Shown: positions 26,780 through 40,859, numbered from the stretch's first letter. The stretch: DNA of 64,000 nucleotides from Lama guanicoe (GCA_013239625.1 MU054323.1:20109082-20173081), one strand, 5' to 3'. Notes: generated by a model from the sequence alone, not told the origin. Translations and numbers: made by a program.

Positions 26780-29700
26780 GTATCTTTACTTCATATCACA
26801 CACGAAAATTGGGATATAGTCCCAAACATAAAAGCTGAAACCACAGAGATTAGAAGAAACACAGGAATTATCTTTGTGACTTGGCAGTGCACAAACTTTC
26901 GTGTGCAGGACATAAAAAAAACAATCAGCCCCATGAAAGAAAATATTGATAAATTAGACTTCATCAAAATTTAAAAGTTCAGTACATTAAAAATGAATAG
27001 GCAAGCCAGAGACCAGAGGAAAATTGTCATAAAACATTTATCTGACAAAGATTTCCAGGATGTATAAAGAACTCTGAAAAGCTCAATAATAAAGACAAAA
27101 AGTCCAATTAAAAAAAATAGGTAAGTATTTGGACAAACACGTTACATAATAAAAATAAAATGAAAAAGATGATCAACATTCTCATCACCAAGGAAATGAA
27201 AATTAAAACCACAATGAGGTACTACTATACACCCAACAGAATAACAGAATAACACAACTGGTAACACCAAATATTGGTGAGGATATGGAGCAACTGAAAC
27301 CCTTCTACATTGTGGGCAGAGGTTCAGAATGGTATGATCTCTCTGGGAGAAGGTAGGACAGTGTCCCCAGTGCCCCAGATGAACTTTTGATTTGAGAACA
27401 TAGGACACAGACAGTGAGTTAACAGTCTCCTGAAGTGTGTTTTCATTAAAGCAAATTTTGTTATGATTTAGAAACAGAACCACTGAAGGAGAGAGGGGAA
27501 AAGAAAGAAGAATCAAGAAAGTAAAGATCAAAATAATAATAATAATAATAAAAAGAACAGAAAGATACAAAAAAAAAAAGAGAGAGAGAGAAAGAAAAAC
27601 ATAAAGCCAAAAGCTGGTTCCATGAAAAGATTAATAAAATCTTGCCCCTGGCAATATTCAAGCAAGAAAAAGAAGGTGGGAACAAAAAGCAATGTGGAGG
27701 ACAGTGATCCCGGGAGTAGGTCAGACACTCAGAGAGACCAGACACACGGCGGACGATGCCCTCCAGATCAGCGGGGTAAATAGTGGACTGTTCTGTAGTG
27801 CTGAGGAAGCTGTTATCCATATGGAAAAAAAAACTAGACCCTTCATATTATAAATAATTTTAGGTAGATTAAAGGCCAGATTTGGAAAGTAAAAATATAT
27901 AAATATATTTCTATATTTTAATATAAAAGAATCCTTAAGATCTTAGAGATAGCAGATGCTTTCTTAAACAGTAATAATAATAAAACAACACATAAACCAT
28001 AATGGATTATACTGATAAATTTGTCTATGTTAAAATGTACAAATTCTGTACATCAAAAGAACACTATAAACAAAGTAAAAAGACAAGCCTCAGTCAGGAA
28101 GAAGATATTTAAAACACAAATAATTGAGGTATTAGTACCCAAGATGTGTAATTAATCACTGAGAGAATAAAATAACCAAAAGATACAAACACAGTTCACA
28201 AAAATGAAATACATATAATAAAAATTACATAAAAAGATGCTCAACTTCACTCTTAACCAGAATATGCAAATTAATCACAATGAGACAGACAGTCTTCTAG
28301 AACAGCTAATCTTAAAGAGACTGACAATACCTAGTTTTAGTGAGGACATGAAGCAACTGTAACTCTCATACACTGCTGGTGGGAATACAAAAAGGCACAA
28401 CAACTTTGGAAAACATTTTGTCAATCTCTTAAAAATTAAACATACATCTATCCTATGATCCAGCAATTCCATTCCTAGGTATTCGTCCAAGAGGAAAATA
28501 AAAGGTTCACACAAACACTTACGCATAAATGTTCATAACAGACATATTCATTACTAAAAACAAAGAGCAGTGCAAATGCCCATCTACAGGTGAACTGACA
28601 ACAAAGTGTGGTATACTCATATAAATACTATAAAAAGAAATGAGCTTTCCTCGAAAAGTCAAATACAGAACTACCATATGACCATCCTTAACTATCTACC
28701 CAAAAGAAATGAAAACATGTTCACACAAAAACTTGTATACACGAATGTTCTTAACAGCATTATTCATAAAAACCAAAAAGTAGAAATAATCCAAATGTCC
28801 ATCTGACGAATAGATAAACAAAATGAGGCATAACCCCACAACAGATTATTCAACTGTAAAGAGGGATGAGATACTGATGATACATGCTACAACATGGATG
28901 AAGCTTGAAAATATTACGCTATGTGAAAGCAGCGAGACACAAAAGGCCCCATGCTGTATAAATGCATTTGTCCAGAACAGGCAAACCCATAGAAACAGAA
29001 AGTACATTAGTGGCCATCAGGGGATAGGAGGAGGGGGTACTGCTAACAGGTAGGAGGTTTCTTTTTGGGTGATGAAATGTTCTGCAATGGTGGTGATACA
29101 GTGAATTGCACAATAAAAGTGAACATGGTAAAAGCCAATGAATTGTACGGTTTAAAAAGGTAAATTTTATTATGTGAATTATATCTAAAATTCATTAAAA
29201 GTAAGGAACTACTGACACAAATAACACAGGGATGAATTTTTGTAAGCATTATGCTGATGAAAAGAAGCCAGACATAACAGTACATCCTGTACAACTCTGG
29301 TCGTGTTATATTCTAGAACAGGCAAAACTACAGTGTCAGAAATCAGCCACTGCCTATGGCAATAGACAGAGGGAAAATATTTAGGGTGAAAGAAATGTTC
29401 TGTATCCTGACTGAGATGGTAATCACACAGATACATACACTTGTCAAGTGTCAATCAAGCTATACTTTAAAATGGGTGCATTTCACTTTATGTAAATTGT
29501 ACCTCAATCAAATTGATTTTAAAAGAATATAACATGAGATATTATTTCCCAACAACCAGATTAGCCAAAGTTTTAGTCTGACAACATGCAGAAATAGCAA
29601 GGAGTGAGCAACAGGACTCTTACTCGCTACTGATGAGAGAATACACCAGTACAACTACTCTGGAGGACTATTAGCAGCATTCAGGAGAGATGTGCCTATC

Positions 29701-29990
29701 TTTCTATGTAGCAATTCCAGTCCTAGGTAGATACATTAAAGCCATTCTTCTATATGCACTGAGACATGAACAAATGTACATGAACATTGTAGCACCACAA
29801 TAATAGCAATACTTCCACCAACAGAAGAGCAAATAAATCAACACTTAGCACATTACTGTTAAGATGAAAGGGCTACAGCCATAGATATCAACATGCACAA
29901 ATCTCAAGAAACACAAAATTAAGCTAAAAAGGCAAGCTGCAGATTTTAGTGATGATACCATTTATAAAAACGGTTTTAAATATGCAAAAC
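26780..29990 (+). mobile_element. Mosaic of old nested L1 (L1M) fragments
   Basis: Several degenerate ORF2-end and 3'UTR segments. Boundaries are approximate. Confidence 0.7.
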
Positions 29991-29991
29991 A

Positions 29992-30444
29992 CCAAAAATC
30001 CACAAATGACAAATGCTAGAGAGGCTGTGGAGAAAAGGGAACCCTCCTACACTGCTGGTGGGAATGCAGTTTGGTGCAGCCACTGTGGAAAACAGTATGG
30101 AGATTCCTCAAAAGACTAGGAATAGACTTACCATATGACCCAGCAATCTCACTCCTGGGCATATATCCAGAAGGAACCCTAATTCAAAATGACACCTGCA
30201 CCCCAATGTTCATAGCAGCACTATTTACAATAGCCAAGACATGGAAACAGCCTAAATGTCCATCAACAGATGACTGGATAAAGAAGATGTGGTATATTTA
30301 TACAATGGAATACTATTCAGCCATAAAAATGACAACATAACACCATTTGCAGCAACATGGCTGTCCCTGGAGAATGTCATTTTAAGTGAAGTAAGCCAGA
30401 AAGAGAAAGAAAAATACCATATGAGATCACTCATAGGTGGAATC

Positions 30445-30509
<65 letters not shown>

Positions 30510-30786
30510 AAAACAGAAACAGACTCAGAGACATAGAATACAAACTTCTGGTTGCCAAGGGGGCAGGGGGTGGGAACGGACAGACTGGGATTTAAAATTG
30601 TAGAATACATAAACAAGATTATACTGTATAGCACAGGGAAATATATATAAGATCTTACAGTAACTCACAGAGAAAAAAATGTGACAATGAATATATATAT
30701 GTTCATGTATAACTGAAAAATTGTGCTCTACACTGTAATTTGACACAACATTGTAAAATGATTATAAATCAATAAAAAATGTTTTA
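29992..30786 (+). mobile_element. Young 5'-truncated L1 with internal (TAAA)n
   Basis: Near-intact ORF2 C-terminus ([13 protein letters not shown]...YTMEYYSAIK). TSD AAATATGCAAAACA at 29978 and 30787. Confidence 0.92.
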
Positions 30787-31365
30787 AAATATGCAAAACA
30801 ATCCTATATTTTATGTGGAGTACAAATATGTATATATAAGCGTATATTAATAGTATTTTTAAATGCACAGAAATAATAACTTCAAAGTCAGGAAAGTCAC
30901 TATTTCTATGGAAAAGAAAGGGATTTCAAATGGAAAAGAGGCTCCCAGTGGACTTAAACTGTATATTTCATGTTTTATTTCTTAAGTTGGGTGGTAGGTA
31001 CACAGATGTTTGATGTACCATAATCTATACCTTTTTAACATGCCTGAAAGATTTTATGATGGTATTATGCATAATTTCCTCTTCTGCCTTTGTAAAACAT
31101 GTGTCTTTTATTTCACAGGTTTATTTGTTCTGCTTTTTAAGTTTTTGGTAATTGTATTCAAAGAAAACACATTTTGATTGGCATAAAGAATTTCAGATTT
31201 TTTTTAAATGCTTAAATTTTGCATTATTTTCAATAGTTTCCCAGATTTAAAAAAATTCCTTAGAGCATTTGCTGTAAAAACATTAAAGCACCAACACTCA
31301 ACATTTAAATAAATTATACAGATTAATTGAGAAATAGGGACAATTTGTTTTAAAAGGCCATTGCA

Positions 31366-31509
31366 GGGGGAAGGGTATAGCTCAAGTGGCAGAACGCATG
31401 CTCAGCACACAAGAGGTCCTGGGTTCAATCCCCAATACCACCTCCAGGCAGAAATCAATGAATAAACTGAATTACCTCTCCCTAATAAAAAACAAACAAT
31501 ACAATAAAA
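31366..31509 (+). mobile_element. Vic-1-like SINE
   Basis: SINE head and tail with a degenerate TSD TAAAAG(G/C)CCA. Confidence 0.85.
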
Positions 31510-32467
31510 GCCCACTATGTATTGTATTATTAGCTAGTAAAACTTAATTTTTATCTTTATAGAAATTTAAAAATTCTGCTCTTTCATTTACTTGTTTTTA
31601 ATTAACATATATAAAAATAACTATCAGTTCAATTTGATGTGGTTCTTAATTTGGTTCTTGTGATGCCAAAATGCCACTGACCCACATCCCCCACATAACT
31701 TATAGGACTAAAGGCTGCTACACAGAAAGCGATGTAGTTTCAGCCAAGCACATAAGCTCTGGAACCAGACCTGGGCTGATTCCCAACTCTCTCAAATGCT
31801 ATGACCTACAGTAAGTCACTTGCCTTCTCCATCGCCTTACCTGCAACCTAACATACTGATAGCCCCAGAGTGTTTTGTCTAAATAAGGCAATTCATGTGC
31901 TGCTGGAACATAGTGGGGAGCTCCGTAATATCTATTTCACTTACTCCAATCTCACACACACAAGGAAATACGCGCAGATGAAAAGCTGCTCATGAGAGGA
32001 CGTGCAGACGAGCCATACTGCTTCAAAGAGTTTCCTTCAGAGTGACAAAAATGGAAATGTTTCTGGTTCTCTTCAGAAGGTATTTACACATCATATCATA
32101 CAACCACATCCCCAGTGATCATAAATTAATACACACTCTACATAAATGAATGAAGGAATGGATAAAACCCTGTCACGAAGTGTCCTAGGAAAAGGCATTT
32201 TATAAAAGCCAAAAGCTCGATGCTGTCTTCCAGGCATTTCAGTCTCATTATTTAGAGTTTAAATGCTTCCTTGGCATCCTGTACCCTTCCTGAAAAAGTC
32301 AAACTACTTAACATACCACGCGGGTAGCTGGGCCTGACCTGACACCCCCTCCCTGGCCATCCTCATCTCTTGACACTTCATGACACTACCTCGACTTACT
32401 AACCTATAGCAATGTGACCCCCAAAACCATCCCAGCATCTGTTGCCTACCTCTAGCACACAAGAACA

Positions 32468-33430
32468 CAGCAGTCCCCAAACTTTTTGCTCATGAGCCCC
32501 GAAGGAATACAGAAAAAATTATGTATTCTCCTCTGAGAGAATTTTTTTTTGATATTTGACCATCCCTAAGCTAAAATAACTGCAAATCCTGCAAATCCTA
32601 GCATGTTGTAAATACTAACATTTAAAAAAATGAAATTGTTACATTACTTTTCAAAAGTTATGAATCCAACATATGTATAACTGAAACACTATGCTGTCTG
32701 CCAGAAATTAACACATTGTAAACTGACTATACTTCAATAAAAATAAATATATAAGTAAATGCAATAGATCCAAATAGTATAGTTTTGTTGTTGTTGTTGT
32801 TGTTAATTATTTATTTAATTTTTTCATTGGAGGGGGGAAGGTAAGTAGGCTATTTATTTAACTTTTTTTTTTATGGAGGTACTGGGGATTGAACCCAGGA
32901 CTTCATGCATGCTAAGCATGTACTCTACCACTGAGCTATACCTTTTCCCCTGAAATAGTACAGTTTTGATTCAACCCACCAGCTCTCATTTAAAAAAGAA
33001 ACTAACAAACTCTTCTTTAACAAAAATTATATTTTACTTTTTTCATAAAACTTGTACTTCCATTCCACTTCTCCCACATAATTTTGCTCTAATGTAGTAT
33101 GTTTAATGGTTGAAAAAATTTAAACATCCTATCATACTTCTCTGCAACAATAAAAAATGTTTTTATATCTTATTTCTCTTAATTTCTTAATTTGTGACTA
33201 TATTCTATAAATGTCCTTTTTTTATTGAGTCATTAGAACATTTAATATATAACTAATTAAGCAAAAAAGCAAAATTTTATTGGAACTGCATCTGTCAATG
33301 AAACAGATGTTTTTTCTTTTCAATTAGTTCACGTCTTTTTAGCAGTTGAATATTTTACATCCATATTAACAAATGAATATTTCTTATTGGTACAATGATA
33401 CTGGTTCATCGTCATTTCTATTCCTATTTT
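32468..33430. mobile_element. hAT-Charlie (Charlie2-like) fragment with nested L1 end and SINE
   Basis: CAGCAGTCCCCAAACTTT terminus and an AT-rich body resembling Charlie2. Confidence 0.5.
32788..32950 (-). mobile_element. Vic-1-like SINE
   Basis: Reverse SINE with TSD AAATAGTA(T/C)AGTTTTG at 32772 and 32953. Confidence 0.88.
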
Positions 33431-34560
33431 TGTTTTTACAAATAAATGGGCTGAAAACTCTTATTTACTTAAAGAGGAATGGAAATTGTATCAAAGGAAT
33501 CTTAAATTATTTTGCCTCTTCTCAGATACACACAAAAAAAATCAGTTTGATCCATCATCATCTATCATCAAAAATTACCTTTATACCTATGTTGTATTTC
33601 TATGGAGGAGGTTTGACTTGAATATAATTATGATGAAATTGTCCAGCAAGTTCAAATTAAGGAACATCTACAAAACAACTGGCTTAGCATCTCCAAAATC
33701 ATCAGTGTTAAATAATATCCCAAGTGATCACTGTATTGTTAGGTGGGAAAATATCCCTGTTTTTGGAAAACATATGCTTACTCATTTAAGGATGAAGTGT
33801 CAAGATGTTTGCAACCAACCCTCAAGTTTTTCAGCAAACTCATAATAATAATAATTATAGATAGGTAGATAAATAGAGCAAATGAGGCATAGTAATGGTG
33901 ATGAGGAGGATAGCACAAATGAGGCAAAATGTTCACAATCTAGGTAAAAGATACAAGGCTTTTCATTGTATTTTTCTTGCAACTTTACTATAGGATTGCT
34001 ATTTATAAGATTAACAATTGGTAGAATCTATTCTTAATGATTTATCTGCTGTAAAATCAATTACGTTCTTCTCATTTCTTAAAAGCAAAATTTAACAATC
34101 ACCCAACTTGTAATAGGATTTATTACCCATTGTTAGAATCATTCACTTTCTCACTTCCTGGGAGGTACTGCATAAAAAATACTTAGACCAACCAAGACTT
34201 ATCCCAGTGATAGCTAAATACACTGGTTACTCTGCTACTTTGAGGCACTAGTTCTAAATCTGATAATATTAGAGAGAATTGGGATATTTAAATATTTCAA
34301 TACACCTCTGTCAATACAACTTTTTTTAATTAAATATTTGTACCTTATCATGTGGTTTAAATATATTTGCATCAAAACCTTGGGACTGCACACTTATCGC
34401 AGTCTATGAAAAATTCCTGCCATGTAATAGATTTGAGAATGACTTTGCAAATTCAATCATTCAAATCAGATGTACTTTCTTAAGGAACAGAATGATTTTT
34501 TTTTCAATTCAAATGATGTGTAAATACATTTCTCTACAACAACCTCATTTTTTAATTCTA

Positions 34561-34650
34561 AGAAAGACAGAGAGAGAGAAAGAGAGGAAGAGAGAGAAGG
34601 GAGGAGGGCGAAGGAGAACTGAAAAAGAGAAGGGAGGGAGGGAGGGAGGG
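34561..34650. repeat. Polypurine (GA/GGGA)-rich tract
   Basis: Read directly from the sequence. Confidence 0.85.
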
Positions 34651-35183
34651 ACTGAGCATTGCCATGGATGAAATAAGGTACTTCTGGACACTCTCATGAA
34701 TCCTACTGGTTCTCTGGGTATTTCCTATCAAAGCCCTCTTTGCTTTACTGTCACATGTCTCACTCTCAAAGAATGGCAGAGGCAAGATTGCTGAAAGAAA
34801 AATATTTTGTGGAAGCGGTGGTGAAATGAGTGAAGGGGGTCAATTCTATAGTGACGGATGGTAGCCAGACTTGCAGTGGCGATCATTCTGCAGTGTATAC
34901 GATCTCAAATTATAATGCCGTACACCAGAAACTTATATAACACAAAAGAAAATAAAAATATTTTAAGTGGTCTCTTTCATTGGCATCCATGGGTTTTTAC
35001 ACCCTGAGACAATGCACCTTAATAAGATTCAAGACAGTAAGGAGAATGCTTTCCATTTGTGAAATGGGAGGAGGAATTGTGAAAGGAGAATACTGCCTTC
35101 AGGACTGGCATGTTCTCAGGCAGACTGGTTCTATGAAAGTGAACACACTGAAGTTGAGGACTTGGAAACAGGTGCCTTTAAAA

Positions 35184-35551
35184 TTGTGTTCTCAAACTTT
35201 TTGGTCTCAGGACCCCTTTACACTTAAAAATTACTGAGGACCCCAAAGAGCTTTTGTTTCATGTAGGTTCTCTCTATCAACAGGTACCATTATATATATT
35301 AGAACTAGGAATTCTTTTAAATATTTGTTTATTAATTCAATTTAGAACCAAAAAGTCCATTACACACAAATGACATATTTTATGGGAAAAAAAAACTGTT
35401 TTCCAAAACCGAAAAAGAAAGTGAGCAAAGTAATATTGTTTTACCTTTCTGCAAGTCTGATTAATGTCTTGCTTAACATAGAACAGGTGACTTCTCGTAT
35501 CTGTTTCTGCAATCAATGAGTTGTGCTATGTTGTTTTAAAGTATATGAAGA
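35184..35551. mobile_element. Charlie1-like hAT terminal fragment
   Basis: TTCTCAAACTTTTTGGTCTCAGGACCCCTTTACACT...GAGGACCCCAAAGAGCTTTTGTTT. Confidence 0.75.
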
Positions 35552-35679
35552 GGAGGGAGGATATAGCTCAGTGGTAGAGAGCATGCTTAGCATGCATGAG
35601 GTCCTGGGTTCAATCCTCAGTACCTCCATAAACAAATAAACAAACAAACAAAACTAATTTCCTCCCCTGCCAAAATAAA
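35552..35679 (+). mobile_element. Vic-1-like SINE inserted in Charlie1
   Basis: Perfect TSD AAAGTATATGAAGA at 35538 and 35680. Confidence 0.9.
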
Positions 35680-37435
35680 AAAGTATATGAAGAGACCCCA
35701 ATGTTCATACCAGCACTATTTACAATAGCCAAGACATGGAAACAACCTAAATGTTATACATACATATCTATTCTTTTTAAGATTCTTTTCCATTATAGGT
35801 TATCACAAGATACTGAACACAGTTCCCTGTACAGGAGATCCTTGTTGTTTATCTATTTCATATAGAGTAGTATGTATTTGTTAATCCTGAACTCCTAATT
35901 TATCCCTCCCTCCCACTCCCTTTCCCCTCTGGTAATCATAAGTTCGTTTTGTATGTTATTAAGGGCATTCTTAGATGAACTGTTCTGAGTACACAGTGGT
36001 GGAGAATACAACTACTAACACAGTTCAGTGCCACTCCCACTGCTGTCTTCCTGATGGCATTCAGGGAATGCAGTGTGGACTTAAGTGATGCCACGTGGAA
36101 GCCCTTCCACCACACCCCAGGCTGCAGGAGCTCTGCTTCCATAGCTGTGCTCCCTTCTAGGGCAGCACCATCTCACCTCATCATCAGTGACCCTCTGGTT
36201 CTTCCTCCCACTACGAGGAGGGCAAGGGCTGTCCTGGTTATGCTTAAGGCCCACTGAGTGACATCATCTATTAATAAATATGACTTACTTTCTTTTTTAA
36301 AATGTACTTTCCCTTTTACTTCTTATGAAATCATGAACTTTTAGTAAGTCACCAAAACATAGTCCTGATTAACAGACCCTATCTGGTGAATCCCAGTTTT
36401 AATCACCCATCCCTTCCCCAGCCACCTCTCACATTGATCAATTCAGAGAAAATTGGTAAATCTAAGTCTGTGATTTGAAATGAACACAGACAGCCCCTAA
36501 CTGATAAATACTTGATTTCCCACACCAGTCACAAATACTAATAAAGGCCCCCGCTCTGCCAGAACTCCTATGAGTGAACAAAAGGCTCTGGTTAGGGGAA
36601 GTGCTTTGGGAGAACAGAACAATCTGGGGGCCAGGGTGGGCCTCACTGAGATCCAGCATTTGGCCGCAAGGCTAGTTAGAGACAAGAATCAGTCATCGCC
36701 CTCAAGAACATAGGTATGATCTCTATCCTTATTTTATGCAGGAGGAAATGCCACCAATAAAGCCCATTAACAATTCCCGGGAAATAAAAATAGAATCCAG
36801 GTAATAAAATAAAGGCTAACCTTTTTATCCTTTCCTTTGTGCTTAGTCTACTTTCAGTTGATCATAGAGGGCAGACGTCTCGCCCTCAGTGTCTCAGACC
36901 AGAGTTCCTGGTGCAGACCAGCTGCGCCCAGCACTTGGGCTCCCAGGGCCCAGCGCAGAGACACCGCCAACAACACTCAATTCAACATGTCGGCCACGTC
37001 AGCGATGTCGGCGGAGGACTGAGTGCAGAGATGCTGCGCACGACACTCAATTCAAGATGGCGGTGGCTGGCAGAGTGCAGAGACACTGCGCCCTGACCCT
37101 GCAGTCTGGAGCCAGAGCCACGCAGCTGCGCCCCCAGGAGAACTCCGCCCCTCCCCCTCCCCACTGAGGGGATCTCTGTGAGACAGCCCCGCCCACCGCC
37201 TGTCAGTACGGCCGGACCGCAGGCCTCTCCATTCTTTGTTCAGAGAATATAAAGTTTCCCTTTTCTTCTGAACCAACTCAGTCCTGTTCTGTTAGCTCGA
37301 AGGGCACCAGGCAGGTGGACCATTGTTGGGGACCAACTTGGGAAGGTCAGTAACAGAAACTCAGGCTTAGGGAAGGAAGGTGCCTGAAGGTGCCCAGCTG
37401 GACAGGCCCAGACCCTTGACAAGACCATTCTACAG

Positions 37436-37767
37436 CAAGGGTTAGCAAACTATTCCTGTAAAGGGCCAGATAGTAAATATTTCAAGCTCTGCAGGCGGTA
37501 CGGTCTCTGTTGCAAGTGTTCAGCTCTGCCCAAGTAGCAAGTAAGCTGCCATAGACAATAGTAAACGATGTGGCTGTGCTCCAATAAAACCCTATTTATG
37601 GACACTGAAATTTGAATGTCAGGTAATTTCCACAAGTCAAAAAACTATACTTTTCATTTGATTTTTTCCCCCAGTATTTAAAAATGTAAAAACCATTCTT
37701 GGCTCAGAGGCTGTACCAAAACAGGCAGTGGGCCTGAGCTATCTGCAGGTCACCATCACCAGTCCTG
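37436..37767. mobile_element. MER58B-like hAT MITE
   Basis: GCAAACTATTCCTGTAAAGGGCCAGATAGTAAATATTT...CCAATAAAAC..TTTATGGACACTGAAATTTGAAT. Confidence 0.8.
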
Positions 37768-38298
37768 CAAAGGAAGGTGTAGGTGGGGCACAGCAGAGAC
37801 CTGGTCATACAATGGTGTCAGGGCCAGCTTGGCCAATTACAATATCTTCTTGACCCTGAAAATGAAAAAGGAAACCCTGCCACCACAACCTGGACCAACA
37901 CAGCCAGCCGAGAGAAGCTTAGATGCAAGATTCAATCAGGGTAGCCCTTTGAGTGTCATGATAAAATGTGGTCCAACTGGCCTCACTGGCTCCACTCTTC
38001 CCCACCAGAGTCTGCCCTCCACTGGGACAAGAGTGATGTTTGTTTTTAAAAATACCTTTACTGTGGTATGATTCCTGTGCAGTTTTCCTACACATATTTC
38101 AGAAGTACAATTTGATGGATTGTGTACACAATGAAACCACCACCACAATCAAGATAGCTAACATTTCTATCACAGAGTGATCTTTTAAAATTAAGTCAAA
38201 TTATGTCCTCTGCTTAAAAACCTACATTCAGATACAAATCCAAAGTTCTGACCATTTTGTCTTTTAAAAAAGAAGACTATCAAAAATAGATCATCTTA

Positions 38299-39050
38299 TA
38301 AATGCTGGAGAGGGTGTGGAGAAAAGGGAACCCTCCTACACTGTTGGTAGGAATGCAGTTTGGTTCTGCCATTGTGGAAAACAGTATGGAGATTCCTCAA
38401 ATGACTAGGAATAGACTTACCATATGACCCAGCAATCTCACTCCTGGGCATATATCCAGAAGGAACCCTAATTCAAAATGACACCTGCACCCCAATGTTC
38501 ATAGCAGCACTATTTACAATACCCAAGACATGGAAACAACCTAAATGTCCATCGATAGATGATACAGAAGCTGTGGTATATTTATACAATGGAATACTAT
38601 TCAGCCATAAAAATGACAACATAATGCCATTTGCCGCAACATGGCTGTCCCTGGAGAATGTCATTCTAAGTGAAGTTAGCCAGAAAGAGAAAGAAAAGTA
38701 CCATATGACAACTCATATGAGGAATCTAAAAAAAAAAAACAGAAGACAAATGAACTTAAATATAAAACAGAAACAGACTCAGAGACATAGAATGCAAGCT
38801 TGCGGTTGCCAGAGGGGAGGGGGTTGGGTAGGGACAGACTGGGAATTCAAGATTTATAGATACTGACAGGTATATATAGAATAGATAAACAAGTTTGTAC
38901 TGTATAGCACAGGGAAATATAGCTGAGATCTTGTGGTAGCTCACAGTGAAAAAGAATATAAAAATGAATAAATGTATATTTATGTATGACTGAAAAACTG
39001 TACATCAGAAATTGACACAACATTGTAAACTGACTATAGCTCAATAAAAA
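38299..39050 (+). mobile_element. Young 5'-truncated L1
   Basis: Closely similar to 29992-30786. Perfect 17-bp TSD AAAAATAGATCATCTTA at 38282 and 39051. Confidence 0.92.
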
Positions 39051-40517
39051 AAAAATAGATCATCTTAGTTGGTACATCTATCAAACTCTACAAAATCTAT
39101 ATTCCTCCACCTTCACCCCCAATTCCCTACCACTCTGCTTCCTTGCAGACCCTTCAGGAGTTTGTACTTACTGTGCTCTATGCTAGGAATTGTGTTGCTC
39201 AGATATCTTCACAGCTGCCTCTTGCAGCCCTCCTGGTCCTTGTTCAGACATCCATCACCTTATCAGAGAGGCCCTTGCTGACCACGACTAACATTTACTA
39301 TGTAAACCCCTTTCTCTACTTTATTCCTTCATAGCACTTATCACCATCTGTTATATATTTATTTATTAGAACAGATGGTTCTGGAGGGCAGAGACTTTGT
39401 TTTGGTCACTGCTGTATCCCCAGCACATAGAACAGTCCCACATACATAGTAGGTGCTCAATAAATGTTTGTTGCATTTAATGAATAAATGACCACAGAGC
39501 CATAAAACCAATTTGCAATTGATTTCTTAAAATACAACATGCTTACAGGTTGAGGAAAACTTATAAATACACACTCTCCTACCAAAAATGAAGATGCTGT
39601 TGTATTTATGTGATTCTTTCACATGTATAATTCATTTAAACATACATACTGAGTGCCTACCCATGTGCAAGGTATTGAAGCACGTAGTGTTGTGAAGCGT
39701 AGAATTTCTCTCTTAAAGAACTTCTAGACTAAAAGGAAGCCAAGACATGTTCACAAACAACCTCACAAAAGGACAGTGAGAAGGGGCCTAAGGCAGGGAA
39801 AGAAAGAGCTGAGCAAGTTTAGCTTCCTGCCAGGGTTTGCTGGGTCTTCATTCCTTCATTATTTATATTATTAATATAAAACTAGTGCTGAATTTCATTC
39901 ATATTTTAGAGAAAAACTTGGCAATATCTATCAAAAGAATTTTTTAAAACACAATCCTTTTAACCCAGCTATTTTTTCACTTTGGAATTTATCCAACATA
40001 TACACTGACACCAGCTTGCAAAGAAACATGAAAAAGACTGTGTTCTGAGCCGCTGTTTGCACTTTTGAAAAACTAGAGCTGAACTAACTATCCCACAGCA
40101 TGCTATAGCAGGGATTTCGCAATCAAATGCCAGGTCACAACTTACCTACTATGTGAGTCTGACATACTACTTAACCTATCTAAATCTCAATCATAAAATG
40201 GGGGTTAAAAACGGTACTACTTCATAGGGCTGTTATGAGACTTAGATGACAAAATACATGTTAAAATTTAACAAGTGACTAGTACACATTAAGTATTCAA
40301 TAAATAGTGACTATTACAGCCATTACTATTATTGACAAGACAGACACGTGTTAAATGAATTGTGGCCCATCTACACAATGGAATAAACTATACAGATTTT
40401 AAAAAGGAGAAGGAAGATTTATATTAACAGATACGGAAAAGGTTCCTAGATGTTAAGTGAAAAAAGCAAATTGCTAAAAAAGATTATAAAATTATCCTAG
40501 TTATAAAGTTGAAAAGT

Positions 40518-40595
40518 GAGGGTGGGGATATAGTTCAGTGGTAGTCCTGGGTTCAATTCCTAGTACATCCATTTAAAATAAATAAAATTTAAAAG
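40518..40595 (+). mobile_element. Vic-1-like SINE with internal deletion
   Basis: A box is joined almost directly to the B box (GTGGTAG-TCCTGGGTTCAA). Confidence 0.7.
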
Positions 40596-40859
40596 GTATT
40601 TGTATAATACGTATATATAATTATATATGCAAGCATACAATGTATGCATGTACATATACACATATGCACACACATATATATGAATGTGTGTATATATGTG
40701 CAAATAATTTTTGGAAGAATGCTCAGAAACTGGGTAATAGGATCGAGAACAAAGGAGCATGTTTACTCTTCACTTTGCAACACTTAGAACCATACTTTTT
40801 GCCAACTCACAGTTTTCATTTTAAAAAAATTAAAATAATATTAAAAGTGACTTGCTTGG

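Noticed and set aside
30071..30340. L1 ORF2-like ORFs (also at 19813, 38495 and 6305)
   Set aside because: 5'-truncated L1 remnants with no endonuclease or RT domain. They are not functional genes.
36952..37093. Repeat-spacer appearance resembling a CRISPR array
   Set aside because: Mammalian intron, only 2.5 diverged units, irregular spacing and no cas genes. It is treated as a decayed tandem repeat.
29992..39050. Near-identical ~750-bp segments at 30.0 kb and 38.3 kb as a segmental duplication
   Set aside because: Each has its own distinct TSD, so they are independent insertions of related L1s.
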